A stretch of DNA of 63,234 bases, filler included, from Octopus bimaculoides (GCF_001194135.2; 5 parts of 5 records of this genome joined end to end with filler, not necessarily neighbours in it); one strand, 5' to 3'. Positions 1 through 13,633 are shown, counted from the first letter of the whole stretch. Program-made: numbers and translations. Notes: generated from the sequence alone by a model not told the origin.

Positions 1-1
1 T

Positions 2-352
2 GTGGCGTTGACTCTGTACCCTCTGCATCCACGTTAACTGTTGTACCATTTTCTGGGCCACGCTTAAAAAAGCTTGCTGCTCAGCTACTGCAGTTCGTAC
101 AGCCTCTGCATATAGCCTTTTTTGGGGAGCAGAAGGAATATACGGACTTCTCTCTTTGTGAGTCCTGTTGGTATTCGGTGGATTATGTGTACGTAGATTT
201 AAGCTTTCTGGTCTTCCTTTTCTGCGCTCCCGCTTATTTTGTTGTAAGTGGTTATCTACCTTGTTTAGCTGGTGGTGTTTGGGATGGGCAAATTTGCAGT
301 GTTGTCCCTTTTCCCAGTGCCAGCAGGTACCATTTAGGTAGAATTTACAGAT
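2..352 (-). mobile_element. LINE ORF1 relic (probably CR1 group) with CCCH zinc finger, runs off the window edge
   Basis: Manual minus-strand translation is open for 117 codons with no start codon: ICKFYLNGTCWHWEKGQHCKFAHPK (C-x7-C-x8-C-x3-H) ... RLYAEAVRTAVAEQQAFLSVAQKMVQQ. A TAG lies immediately upstream. Absent from the ORF track. Confidence 0.6.
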
Positions 353-821
353 CTATATATAATTTTGAGAAGAACCACCGATGTACAATTCAAACAATGA
401 AAGAGACCAATTACCATCCAGAAAATACTATATATATACGTGTACGTGTTGTATGTTTCTTCTTCATTTTATACACCTTCAAGACGAGAATGTTATCCTA
501 TCATTCTAGGATCCTGCCCAGAAGCCTTTAAGCCATAACAATTCCGTATTTTTCTACGCCAGTGGATAGATCGTACAATGTGTCCTACTACGGTTTTATA
601 CACGATTTTGTTTTAGTTAGATTCGCTGTGAATTCATGCAAGATCTGCCGTTATCATTCCGTTTAAATTAATGCAAATCGTTTGTTCAGGAAATACATGT
701 TCAGTGAAGGGGTTTCATTGATATGATGTTCCGGGGGAAAAAAAGGCTTGCTTTTAATGAATTATAACGGTTCCCACGGAGTTACATTATCGGTAAGGGC
801 AGTCGGAGAGAAGATTAAACC

Positions 822-1170
822 AGGGGCGTTCGAATGAATCTGGCTCGATATTATCTAACCTCGAGAAGCAGAGTTTATTGCAGTAACACTAGAAAAGATG
901 AGCAGAAGAACCAGAGGCTGCAATATATTTGTGAGGGAACTTTTGTCAGTCAGTTGCGCTGCCTCTCTCTCTCCCCACCTCTCTCTCTCTCCCCACTTCT
1001 CTCTCTAGTAGGAAAGAAGATTATATCAGGGGCGTTCGAGAGGATGTTGTTCGTTGTTATCAAACCTCGAGAAGCAGAGTTTATTACAGTAACAGTATAA
1101 AGAAAATCAACAGAAAAACCAGCTTGAATGCTGACGCCAGAAGCTGCAATGCATTTGTGAGGAAACATTC
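822..1170 (+). repeat. Diverged direct repeat, two copies about 206 bp apart
   Basis: CAGGGGCGTTCGA...AACCTCGAGAAGCAGAGTTTATT(G/A)CAGTAACA...GCTGCAAT...TTTGTGAGG occurs at about 822-950 and 1028-1170, separated by a CT-rich tract. Confidence 0.75.
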
Positions 1171-1248
1171 ACCTAGAAGTCTACGATATACAGAAATACG
1201 CTCTTGGGAAATGATTATATTTCGATCTTCTATTTTCAATCTTTTATT

Positions 1249-1445
1249 CGCTTCGGTCATTAGACAACGGCCATGTGGGGACACTGCCTTGAAGAATTTT
1301 TAGTCGAATGAATCGACCCTAGCATATTTCTTATGTCTGATACTTATTTTATTTTTTGCAGTTCATTTGGCCGAACCGCTAAGTTGCACAGCAACACTGG
1401 CTACCAAGCGGTGGCGGAGGAGAGACTAACACAGGCACACAGAAA
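1249..1445 (-). mobile_element. SINE family A, degenerate 3' half
   Basis: Matches family A motifs GGCCATG...TTTAGTCGAATGAATCGACCC...CCGAACCGCTAAGTT seen in better copies (13634, 50541). Confidence 0.6.
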
Positions 1446-1834
1446 CACACACGCTCAAAGAGACATCAACACTCAAAATTTTACCTGGCGTCTAGGATGG
1501 ACCACAATGAAGGACCACTCGGATTCTCCTCTCTTTTATATCTGACATCAGAGTATAACATTTCAGGATATTTACCTCTCTATAAAGAATTATCGTGATC
1601 TCTTGCTTTTACTAATTTCCTTGGTTTTCTGTATAATATTTAGATTTATATACTTACAACTATGTAGTTGGTCTAACATGCATCTTATTGTATATATGAA
1701 TAGCGAATGAAAGACAAACAGACAGATACAAAGGTACATGCCTCCCTCTCCCTGTATGTATGTGTATTGAGCACACAGCGTATTGACAACACCAGCAACA
1801 CTGCAACTTCGGTGAGTACGCCATCACCGTTCCG

Positions 1835-1879
<45 letters not shown>
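1835..1879. repeat. (TAG)n microsatellite
   Basis: Direct reading. Confidence 0.95.
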
Positions 1880-2647
1880 CGAGGATATATATATATATAT
1901 AGTTTAGGATAATCAGTAAGTTGTCATAATAGTAGTCGGAGTTTCAAATTCCGGTGCTAAGAGCTACGATGCATTCTCCTCGGTTGTTAACAGACGCTCT
2001 AAAAAACCGTTGAATAAAAGGGAAGTACTCTAATAGGTAGGAAAAAATTTAAAAAATAAAAAAAATACACTCAACCATATTCTCAAAATACATAGACATA
2101 AAACCTCCTGCGTTCATAACGTCTAGATTCGTGCACACTCATACAAACATGTATATGTACATGCCCATACATACACAAACATATACGTGCATGTACGTAC
2201 TCATAGACACATCCACACACGCTTTTTTTCTGATAAAACCAAGCGCTTATACCTTGTAGACAAAAACACATTCTCACAAATCTTACATTGCAATGTTATC
2301 AGTAATTACACTAAAGCTAGACAGCAACTTTGGAACGACATTAATAAAGAAGCGAGTATCATCGCCGCTAGGTTTAAATTAAGTAAAAGAAATAGAGATC
2401 CTTTAAAAAAAAAAAAGAGGCCTTTATAACTATTACGGACCAGAAAAAGAACTTCCTATCTAATCTTAAATGCAGACTAATTAACCCTGCAAAATCAGAA
2501 ATTGGTGTAATTAGTAACGACATTCTAGGCTTTCCTTCAGTTGTTCTATGCCCTGTAAAAAGAACGCGGAATGTTAGGCCTCTTACCATACCTTTCACGA
2601 CACCTTTAAAGCCAAAAGATTTTCAGTACCCACGTCGTCAACGTCGC

Positions 2648-2665
2648 TGCAGCAGCAACAGTAGC

Positions 2666-2697
<32 letters not shown>

Positions 2698-2719
2698 CAG
2701 TAGTAGTAGTAGCGGCAGC
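2648..2719. repeat. Compound (CAG)/(TAG)n microsatellite
   Basis: Direct reading. Confidence 0.9.
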
Positions 2720-3052
2720 AAAGAGATTTAAATTAAAAAGAAAGACTGGCGTTCATCACAAGCAAATTACTGACTTAAAATTGACACGCAAGATAAACGT
2801 CTAAATCAACTTATATGGATTGTGTTATGGGTTTAGAAACATCTATATTACACTCTCCTTATGTCCATAAAATATATTTTTGACAGGTGCATTAAGTGCT
2901 GCTGTATGGCAAAGTAAATTAATTTATTGATGGTTGGATGTAGTCTTTGAAAGTTCTTTTAATTTCTGTCGATGTAAAGTATTTGCCACCGGTTTAACAT
3001 CATAAAATGTCGGTCTAGTCTATTAAAAAGTCATGCAGATATATATACATAC

Positions 3053-3103
<51 letters not shown>

Positions 3104-4016
3104 AATAGATATATAAATATATATGTATACATACATATATATANNNNNNNNNNNNNNNNNNNNNNNNNNNNNNNNNNNNNNNNNNNNNNNNNNNNNNNNN
3201 NNNNNNNNNNNNNNNNNNNNNNNNNNNNNNNNNNNNNNNNNNNNNNNNNNNNNNNNNNNNNNNNNNNNNNNNNNNNNNNNNNNNNNNNNNNNNNNNNNNN
3301 NNNNNNNNNNNNNNNNNNNNNNNNNNNNNNNNNNNNNNNNNNNNNNNNNNNNNNNNNNNNNNNNNNNNNNNNNNNNNNNNNNNNNNNNNNNNNNNNNNNN
3401 NNNNNNNNNNNNNNNNNNNNNNNNNNNNNNNNNNNNNNNNNNNNNNNNNNNNNNNNNNNNNNNNNNNNNNNNNNNNNNNNNNNNNNNNNNNNNNNNNNNN
3501 NNNNNNNNNNNNATATATATATATATATATGTATGTATGTATGTATGTATCGATCAAGTGCTTATGTATAAGTGGTGTCTTGTCGTTTGCAACAGCTCTG
3601 TCTTTGATAATTTCTCGATTTTATTTATAAAATTAAGCTTCAAAACGTTTCCTTAATGACGACTAGACAGCCAACAACAATCGATTTCCTGCGCGTTGAG
3701 AGGGTGACGAATCCAATAGAACTAAAATAGATACGTATCACAGAGAAGGAAACAGCTCGTATACAGAATAGATTATCAAATGTTACGTGGAAAGAACGAA
3801 ACCATCATCTGATTATCCTCCTCTTAAAATGGAGCATGAAAATAAATCTTGAGATAGGTTGAGCTGTTTTGCCGTGTGTGAATTGTCCCAAGCCATGTCC
3901 TGTCTTTAGAACTCTCACACACCCAGATTTTGTAGTTACGGAGTGAATAACATAGTGATGGAGTGAATCGTCAAATATTTTCCTAATAAATGGTGAGACG
4001 TCGTTACTTTACGCGC

Positions 4017-4142
4017 AGGCGTGGCTGCGTGATTGATAAGAAGCTTGGTTCCCAACCACATGGTTCCCGACCACATGGTTCCGGGTACAGTCGCAGGGTG
4101 TGTGTGTCACCTTGGGAAAACGTCTTCTATAGCCTCGGGCCG
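4017..4142 (+). mobile_element. SINE family A, tRNA-like 5' head (degenerate, with small internal duplication)
   Basis: AGGCGTGGCTG...CCCAACCACATGGTTCC (twice) ...CACCTTGGGAAAACGTCTTCTATAGCCTCGGGCCG matches the head of copy 50541-50981. Confidence 0.7.
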
Positions 4143-4353
4143 TCTTTACCTTTAGCTGACCACGTGACCATTTGTCCTAAGTGTATTAATATTAATCCCT
4201 TTTTCTCTACTTCTTCTTCTCATTTTCTTTCACTCCTTCCTCCTTCTCTCTTTCACTCTCTCTGACTCTTATTCCACCTCCACCGCTCTATAAAGAGCAA
4301 ACGAACAAGAGATTATAATATAGATTCTCTATCTATTATCATTTTTCTTCATT

Positions 4354-4552
4354 AAGGCGACGTTCTGGTCAGAATCGTTAGCAGGCAGGGTGAAATGCTT
4401 AGCGGTAATTCGCCCGTCGCTACGTTCTGAACTCAAGTTCCGCCGACGTCGACTTTGCCTTCCATCCTTTCGGGGTTGATTATATAAAAGCCAGTTATAC
4501 ACTGGGGTCGATATAATCGAATTAATTCCCTGCCCTTGTGGTAAAATTTCAG
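4354..4552 (+). mobile_element. SINE family B (tRNA-derived)
   Basis: A-box-like TGGTCAGAATCGTTAGC, B-box-like region, and body GTCGACTTTGCCTTCCATCCTTTCGGGG...CACTGGGGTCGAT shared with other family B copies. Confidence 0.8.
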
Positions 4553-5819
4553 CTAATTATTATTATACTTAAATTTTGTGATCACCATGATATAATGTTA
4601 CGCAGCTGATTATCATTAATTATTGGTTCAGCAAATCATTATTCACTGCTTTATTTGTTATCCCTTATTTCTTTTATTTTTGAACGGGGATGTGTTAGCA
4701 TCTTCATAAAAGGTTTACCCGACCAAATCAACCCCAGTACTTGTTTTTTAGACTAGTACTCACAAGATACCAAGACCTTGTGTTAGCTTGACCTTGTGCT
4801 AGCAAAACGAATTGCTTAACCACACTGGTATACTTTTAAGAACACTTCTATATTATTGCGTTGTTGCGACCTTTTGTTCCTGTATCTGCTCTGTAAGGAG
4901 GCCATCTGTCTTTCGATAACAAAATCAACAGCATTCCAATGCCTGGTTATTCAGTCTCTACACCTTGATTTCATAACTGAGTCCTGTTTTACTAAAATTG
5001 TTTATCTATCGTGCTGCACACAGATGTTACGCTGTTGGTTATTGGATTTTATAGACGTGTGGTGTCGCTGGTGCATATTGATGACTTCTTTGACTTCTGC
5101 ATTTATAATGTACTCGTTTTCTGTGTGCATTTTAGCAGTTATATATATAATAGATTTTTCAAATTATAGAGTTTTTAATTAATTTTATATATTCTTCCTT
5201 TTACGTTACCCTGTAGTTCTTTTTCTGCTATTCCATAGCTATTCGCTGTTCAAGGATGTTTTGAAAAACGACATACATTCTCATTGCTGCAATATGGTAC
5301 TATGCTATTTTTTCTGTTGAACGAGAGTATATTATTGTGCGTAATTAACACCAATTTCATAAGTGTCCAATGTTAATTTTATACATTAAGTACTGTAATG
5401 TTTCCAAGATTGTAGTTATAATATATTTTCCCTTACTCAAGTTCCACGTGTGTTATGATAAAGCGTTTATGCTTTTTTACTAAATATGTGCAGAGAATTT
5501 TGTTCTTTGCGTAACTGGTATTAAATGTCTATTGTGACAAAATCCACCAAAATAAAAACAAGAAGTCCAAAACAGCAATACAACAACAATCATCATCTAA
5601 TTGACACTCACTCATCCACGTAACTTGTTGGCAAATGAATTACAAGAACACGTCGTATTTCCGCCTACTAAATATCCTTAACCTGCCTAGGCTGCAGAAC
5701 ATTGACATAAGATGTCACGCAGTGGGACCAAACTTGAAACACAGAGTTGCGAAATGAATTTCTCACAGAAGCTCGGTTATACATACACGCATAAACGTGA
5801 TATATAAGCGCATTCACAC

Positions 5820-5890
5820 AGGAGTGAGCATATACATACAGAAACACACACACACATACACACACACACACACACACATGCACACACATG

Positions 5891-5948
<58 letters not shown>

Positions 5949-5985
5949 AATCTATATTTATACACACACATACACACACACTTAC

Positions 5986-6019
<34 letters not shown>

Positions 6020-6075
6020 AGATACATATGCATATATATATGTGCGTGCATGTGTGTGTTTGTGTGTGTGTAATC
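5820..6075. repeat. Compound (CA)/(TA)/(TG) microsatellite block
   Basis: Direct reading; accounts for ORFs 5668-6210. Confidence 0.95.
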
Positions 6076-6539
6076 ATGATTCAGTATATCTTATATCATA
6101 TGATATATATTTATATACTTTTCGCAGAGAGACAAATATATACACATAAAGTAAATGTCATGAATCAGGAATATCACATTTTTTTTTCCTTAATTAAAAT
6201 TTTTAATTAGCTTTTAGTGATATTTCTATAACATAATGTGGCTTTAAGAAGTACTTCTCATTCTTTGAGTGCACAGCCATGTTTGTGACAGTGTACTGGG
6301 AAGAACTACGTTTAACAATAGATATGCACTGCATACTGCATCTCTCCAAACCCAAACTGACTTCAACAACCCTCACTCTTTGTCGCTAAAGAAAGAGTAA
6401 TTAGCATTGTCTTAACCCTATTATCATAATCAGCGTCCTTACTATCAGTGTGTTGGGCTTGTGTTATCTTTCTAGCCACCTGCGGCGTCGTCCTCTCTAT
6501 GATAATAATGATTATAGTCATTAACCTCATCATTATCTT

Positions 6540-6850
6540 CGTCACCATCGTTATCAACATCGTTCTGTCGTCGTCGTGGTAGTAGTCACCACCATCATCA
6601 TCATCATCATGAACATCAGCGTCATCGGTGTGCCAAATGTCTTTCCATGAATATCACCTTTGCATTTTATTCTCGACGTCTGTTTACTTAGTAATGTACA
6701 CGTACGTACGTACATACATACATACATACGTACACTCATACATACATATATACATACACACATACATACACACACATACATACGTATATACATACATACA
6801 TACATACGTACGTACATACATACATACATACATACGTACATACATACTTA
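6540..6850. repeat. Trinucleotide (CAT/CGT) and (TACA)n simple repeats
   Basis: Direct reading; accounts for ORFs 6554-6927. Confidence 0.9.
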
Positions 6851-6879
6851 CTTTGATACTTTAATTGGTTTCGGCCAGT

Positions 6880-8330
6880 ATTGGCTGAGGCCATGTCTAA
6901 CTTAATAGCACCACCTGGCGAAGTCATTTAGATTCGAATTCGGACAACATGGCCCGCTCGAGTAGAGAGTTAATTTTTACGAGACATATCCGGGTGTATG
7001 AGGTTATACCTGATCTCACCACCCTCACCTTGATAAGATAAGAGATGAGTGAGATCCCTTTTTTGAAAACTGGGACCACAGACTGGGATATAAAGTTTTC
7101 AGGAATATGGCCAGCATCCAGTGAGTTCCTCCACAGATTATCAAGAGGAGGTGCAAGTTGGTGTCGACACACCTTCAGGACACAAGCAGGGAACCTATCA
7201 GCGATTGTTGCTGACTTGTATCTTTACTTCGTCTATTGCCGCTAAGACATCAGGTACGCCAAACGTTTTGTCCGATATAGTGTGCTGAGGATTAACATCA
7301 CTGACACAGTCCAGTTCGGTTGTATCAGGATTGCTGCAAACAGAGCAGTATTGTTTCTGCAGCATCTCATTCATGGTTTTGGCATTATCTTGCAGAGTTT
7401 CGTTTTCATCAATTAGAGGGCCAAGAATGGAGACAATGACCTTGTGTCTTTTTCGCAAAAGAGAACACTTTGGGGGTAAGTTTGATTTTCTCAATGGTCC
7501 ATTTCTCCTCAGCAGCTTTTCGTTGGTTATTGACGACGGTCAATATTGTTGGGGCTTATATATTTTTGATCGGAGTAGTGGGATAGCCGTTGAGCATATG
7601 TGAGTATATGTGAGTAAAATGTTCTGATATCTTCTTGGTACAAGTACAACTTGGAACAAGAAAAACTCATTCCTAAACTCAAGAATTGATTCTACTACTT
7701 CTTTGTTAGCGATTAAGGTGAGAGTGTCTGGTTTCAAACTGTTTGTTGACAAACCAACATAGAGTAGATTAAAATCTCCCATCATAAGCATGTTACTAGA
7801 ATGGCGCTGTCGAAAAAGCACTTAAAGCTGTTGAGGCATTTTTAAAACGCAGTACGAGTGTTTGAAGTGGCCTTTAGAGCCCAGCTATTATCAGGTCATT
7901 GGCTTTGTTGCGCATGGTGACTGATTCACAGTAGCCATAGGAGAAAGTAATATTTCCATCTGCCGAAAAGGAATTATGCAGAAAAATGGCAGTTCCCCAC
8001 TTCATTCCGTTGACACGATCCGCTCGGATGATTGTGAAATTCCTCACTTTCTGTTCGGCTTCCAAGTGGGAGTTGTCAAGGTAGGTCGCAGTCAGAATGA
8101 AGGAAGGTATGTGCTGTGGATGGTTACCAACCCAATTGTCAATAAATTGGACCTTCCATTTTTCAGCATTGATGGAAGGGATGACACCTTGTGCATTGAG
8201 TAGAAAAGTGTTTTATATCTTTTTTTTTTTGCCAAGTTCAACATGGCTAAAAATGCAAATTCGTGCTTAGGGAGCATCTGTTGCCTGGGGGTGTGATTGC
8301 ACTGTTGGATAAGGTTGTCGTTTTCTTTTG
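6880..8330 (-). mobile_element. Decayed CR1-group LINE: ORF1 3' end, APE endonuclease, linker and start of RT
   Basis: Minus-strand frames give LNAQGVIPSINAEKWKVQFI...EAEQKVRNFTIIRADRVNGMKWGTAIFLH, then MMGDFNL (APE motifs), then DNLWRNSLDAGHIPENFISQSVVPVFKKG-ISLIS (RT start with the NYRP region deleted). Multiple stops and frameshifts. Confidence 0.85.
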
Positions 8331-8390
8331 TGTCGTGGTTTTTGTTATTGTTGCTTTATATATACATGTGTGTGTGTTCATATATAAATG

Positions 8391-8446
<56 letters not shown>

Positions 8447-8449
<3 letters not shown>

Positions 8450-8510
8450 GTGGTACACCAGTATGACCGCAGCCGCATACCTGAAACGAATGAGAGAATA
8501 AACCAATATA
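8447..8510 (+). mobile_element. Isolated SINE family A-like 3' tail
   Basis: CGGTGGTACACCAGTATGACCGCAG...TGAAACGAATGAGAGAATAAA resembles the family A tail GGCGGTGCTCCAGCATGGCCGCAGTC...TGAAACAAGTAAAAGA. Confidence 0.5.
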
Positions 8511-9440
8511 TTCTAATACACATACACAAACACATATTTATATATATTTGCGTGTGGGCGTGGGTGTGAATATGAATGCATATATATATATGTGGATAGG
8601 TAGATAAATCCGACACCGAGAGAAGCTCCAACTCATAATCGAAGATGACGTGCTATCAGCATGTATTATTACTTCGATAATATATGTATGTGCATGTATG
8701 CGTATGCGTTTTGTGTAGGGGGGTAGATGTGTAACACTGATACACGCTCGGTTCTCCCACACTTAGCGCTGTCTAAAATCCAATTTAACATGTAGTACAC
8801 TCTAGCATTAAACAATACATACATAATAACATTACATTTTTTATCCACAATAACAGTGTATACAATGGAAAATTTACAACTTCGATAATAAACATATTTG
8901 AAAACGTAAAAAAAAAATTGTTTTCTTACGCTTTTCACAGATTAGTTCTACCATTCGTAAATCTAAACTTATACAATTTAGAAATTGCATGAATAATGCA
9001 TTCAAAAGAAAATCATAAAATCTATGTAACTTTCCCAAAGTTGTCGAAATTTTCAAAGATTCGAGTATTTCTCGCTCATTAATAAAAATTTGGTTTTAAA
9101 TTTTCAGATATGTCTCTATATTTTGAGGTTTATTTTTTCTTCATTTCAAATTGCGATGTGAAATTCTGTTCGGCCCATAAGTATGCAATTTTGTGCGTGA
9201 CGTGGTTGATATTGCAAATTCTCAGTTGTCACGTTCTATTCATTGTTGATTTGTAATATAGGATTTTTTATTCTATATCAATGCCGTTTCTATACTTCTC
9301 TGACTTTCGCGTAGCTAATTTTATAGAAGATATTAATATATTTTCTAAATAATGTCCTGGCGCATGCATTTAAAAAAAATGTGTACAATCATCCTTAAAC
9401 GATAACATCTAGACATACACAAAATTCATGTATACATTCA

Positions 9441-9494
<54 letters not shown>

Positions 9495-12259
9495 CACACA
9501 CATTAATTTGAATATCATATGTATAAGTAATATTACGTATATATATATCTATATATATATATATATTCTACTCAAATATATATGTAGGGTATACGTATAT
9601 TTGTATATACATGAATGTGTATATACAAATATATACATATATACATGTGTGTGTGTGTGTGTGTGTGTGTATACACATAAACGTAGTATTTACCTATTAT
9701 ACACTTTTATGTATATTTACTTCAAGAAACTTCGATCTGGGTTAGAAGGCACACGTTTTCCATCTATGCTACTGGTTTGCTGAAAAAGGAAGCTGGGGTC
9801 CAATGGCAGATCATTCTGTGGTTCACATCTCAGGGAATAGCTACCAGGATTCCTTCAATGTCATAGAGTATTGAGCTTCCATTTAAAGCAGTCATAAATT
9901 AGGTTAGTACTGTATTGGATAGCCTCATTATTATTTTTTTTTGTTTTGTTATCTTGGTTTCTCGTGTAGTACAAAACAATATCTGCATATATTATTTATG
10001 CACAACATATCTAAAAGCAGAAGTCTAATAAATTTAAATGCTACAAGGCCTTTCTGTGAATGAAACAAGAATGAAACATCTTCCAACTATATCTAAGTTC
10101 AGAAAGAAATCTGGAGGGTGTCTCCTGACGGACCGTTTTGTGTTTGATAACCACTCATGAGACAACGCCTAACCAGCTTTTTTCCCAGTCTTTTGTCTGT
10201 AAGATAGCAATGAAGAGGAAATTGGGCATGGTAGTTATCAGCAATAGTCACATTTACTCTCCCTTTCAGCCTTGACCTAGTAACAGATTCTCATCATCTT
10301 CTTAAACAATATAATTATATACACTTGGATACTTCGTAATCCCGGCATTTCGGCATTAGCTGGTTTTTCTCTTCACCTCTTCTACTCCCTTTCCTTTTTC
10401 CTTAACAACACAATATACAATTACCCATACATACCTAAAAAAAATATAAATCTGTGTGTTGTGCGTGTCTACAAGTAGTTGTGCCCCCTCAGAAATTTTA
10501 ACCCTCATATTGAGTCATAAATTCCATACATTTATGGCACATCATGAGGATACACCATTTCATATATTACTTTTATATAATTATGTGTGTCTATGTGTGT
10601 ATATATATATATGTGTGTGAGTGTGCGTGTGTTTTGTACATGTTTGTATCTATATTTCCAACCACAACATTTTTCTTTCATACAGACGATAATAATTATC
10701 TCTATTTATTCCCATTTATAAATTGAAATGTTGTTTAATTCCACAAATAGTGGTGATATTGCTCGATATTTTATCCATTTACATACATTGTTACTGTTAT
10801 GAAACATTATAGTATGTTCTTTTTACTCTTATAGCCTGTTGATATATTTCAATGAGTTAATATGAGACTGGCAATAAAATGAAAAACATATAATACAATT
10901 TAGAAGTTCTGCAATAAAATGGCCGGCCTAGAGGAACTAGCAATACAAGCTAAAGGTTCTTTACTTTTGTTTTTTCTGTTTTGTATTATAATATTTAATA
11001 GATGGTGACAATTTGACAGTTAGTTAATGTGTCATGTTAAAAATAGTATTATAGCAATAGATACCAAAGAAAAAAAATCTATCTTGCTCTCATATAACCT
11101 TCTACTTAATCGAGTGTTAAGATATTCAACAAAATACTACCAATCATAAAATACTGCCACGAAAGTCCCATGTGTATAACATATCATTATGCATATAGTT
11201 TTATATTTGTCATATACTGATTTGAGTAATGGCACGGTTGGCTATTATTTCCTGTTATTATATTATTATGGTCTTCCTTTTTTTTTCTTTTCTCTTTCTA
11301 TATTGGCAATATCTTAATGTCAACATCAGTATCAGATAGTTGTTAAATCAGATAAAAACATCTTACCATAACTACAGTCTAATACATCACTCATATATTA
11401 CATGATCAATATTTTCAGATTGTAGAGAGGAAGGTTTATGAACGAGTATACCAAATCACAACGCAAAATCATCTATTTTCTATTTTATTATGGGGGAGGA
11501 GTCACAGTCATTACGCTTAATAATTTAGCACATGACTGTGTTATGGTACTACATTCTTTCAACCAATCATCAGACTTTTTTTTTTATTTCTGCAAACACA
11601 GAATTCAGCATATTTGACTAAACAGTACAATAACGTAGCAGAATACTCCAGCTAAAGGGGAAACGTACAGAGAGGAGGGAGGGCTAGGCCCCGGTATTTA
11701 ACGCTGTCAGCAACATATAATTTTAATTTTACTTATTGGTTTAAGTGAAGGCGCTTGGCCGAGTACGTAAGGTACCGTAGTCCCGATTCCCGGACATAGT
11801 GTTTCGCTGTGGTTTTCAGCAAAACTCTTCATATCACATTGCAATGATGAAGATGTAAGATGAATAATGGGGATTACGATGATGCTGGAAATGAAGGATG
11901 GCCAACGAAAATTACTGGTGTGACCACAACGATACGGTTAGGACAATGTTGATGCCTACCACGGCATCGATATCATGACAGCAACAGCGGCGACAAACAA
12001 AATGATAACCTCATCAATCACAACCACGCCGGTCCTTGCGCTGAGGGTCCGGATAATAAGTGGTAGACTTTTATCAGTAACGAGATATCTGGTTTCAACA
12101 TTCATTGATTTTCTATCAACTGTTAAGAGGTTTCTTAGTAAATAGCAACCCAAAGTAACATTTTTCACGCCTTGTTTGTGTATGTATATACATGGATGTA
12201 TATATATATATATAACACATGACTGTGTTATGTTACTGTTCCACTAAAGCTTTTTAATT

Positions 12260-12390
12260 CTCTCTCTGTCTATTTTCTCATATTCCTTTCTGTTGAAGAG
12301 CGTAGGCTCGAAACGTAAAATACTTTTTCACTTTCCTGTTATTTATACACATGTCTTCGTCCTATGTTTTTTTATAAATTCCAACTATAT
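12260..12390 (+). mobile_element. Penelope-like terminus with degenerate hammerhead motif, ending at (TA)n
   Basis: TTT-CTGTTGA-A-GAGC-GTAG-GCTC-GAAA-C-GTA-AAA at 12287-12320; core position A6 is U. Confidence 0.45.
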
Positions 12391-12486
12391 ATATTTATAA
12401 ATATATATGTATGTATATGTATATATATATATATATATATATNNNNNNNNNNNNNNNNNNNNNNNNNNNNNNNNNNNNNNNNNNNN

Positions 12487-12498
12487 TTAATTAATTAA
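12487..12498. other. Assembly gap spacer TTAATTAATTAA (also at 27184-27195, 38159-38170, 59544-59555)
   Basis: Identical 12-mer embedded in N runs four times; it places stop codons in all six frames. Confidence 0.95.
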
Positions 12499-12542
12499 NN
12501 NNNNNNNNNNNNNNNNNNNNNNNNNNNNNNNNNNNNNNNNNN

Positions 12543-12732
12543 CCCCCCCCCCAACATCGCTTGACAACCGATGCTGGTGATTTTACGTCCCCGGAACGTA
12601 GCGGTTCGGCAAAAGAGCCGATATAATAAGCACTAGGTTTACAAAGAATAAGTGCTCGGGTCGATTTGTCCGACTAAAGGCGGTGCTCCAGCATGGCCAG
12701 TCAAATGACTGAAACAAGTAAAAGAGTAAAAG
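12543..12732 (+). mobile_element. SINE family A, 3' half
   Basis: CATCGCTTGACAACCGATGCTGGTG...CGACTAAAGGCGGTGCTCCAGCATGGCC...GACTGAAACAAGTAAAAGAGTAAAAG; the 5' half is lost in the gap. Confidence 0.85.
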
Positions 12733-13633
12733 TGTGTGTGTATGTGTGTGTGTGTGTGTGTGTGTGCGTGTATGCATACATACACAGCACTTTTCTCGAA
12801 GTCGAATGGATACCAGAAGAATAAAACTGAACATTGCACACGTTTCTTTGCATGTTCATTATTTTAAAAAGCTTTAATTAGCTCGGCAATACATATACTT
12901 AAAAAGCTTTAATTGGCTCGGACTTGTATATACTTAAATATCCCTTTGTGTATTATATTCTGATGCCTATTTATATGATTCACTTTATAATTGTCAGAAA
13001 TGATATATTCTATGTATAAGCTACAGTTGATATATCTTACAATCTTATGGTTATTATATAGTAATAGCTTATGCAGAAACAAATATAAATAAAATTATTT
13101 CATTATCACATTAAATTGTAGTATTATTTTAAAAACACAACCTTTAATAGCAAAGCGTTTTGGCATATTTGCATATCAATATCGACTCATTTACAGCCAT
13201 AGTTTCAAATATATTGAACTATTGACGAAGAGAATATGTTTTCTATGTTATTGATCAAGTATATAAGCTTAAGATTTTTGTATAATATATCTTTCAGTCA
13301 GTAATGCATTATAATCGGCAAACGTATCGAGTTATTAGGGATCCTGGCAAAATCTGCTGCAGTATTTCTTTCTGCATTATCGAAAGAAATTCAGCAAAAC
13401 ATAATTTGCTTTTTGGTTTTTATCTCCTTTCAGGCTTAATGAAAGAAGATGACCTAAAGTTGATATGATAAAGTGTCTGACGAGATGCCTTACGTTATTT
13501 CGTTCCGACTTTTGCTTTCTAATTTCTTGGGTAGTAAACTTAATCTGTGGTCCACTATAGGTTCCTCTCCCGGTTCCTAGGACGGTGTTCCCTAGGTTTC
13601 CATGTTGAGGATATTCTTTTATTATTTTATTCA

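Noticed and set aside
11557-11573. CTGATGA...GAAA on the minus strand
   Set aside because: The intervening TTGGTT cannot form stem II.
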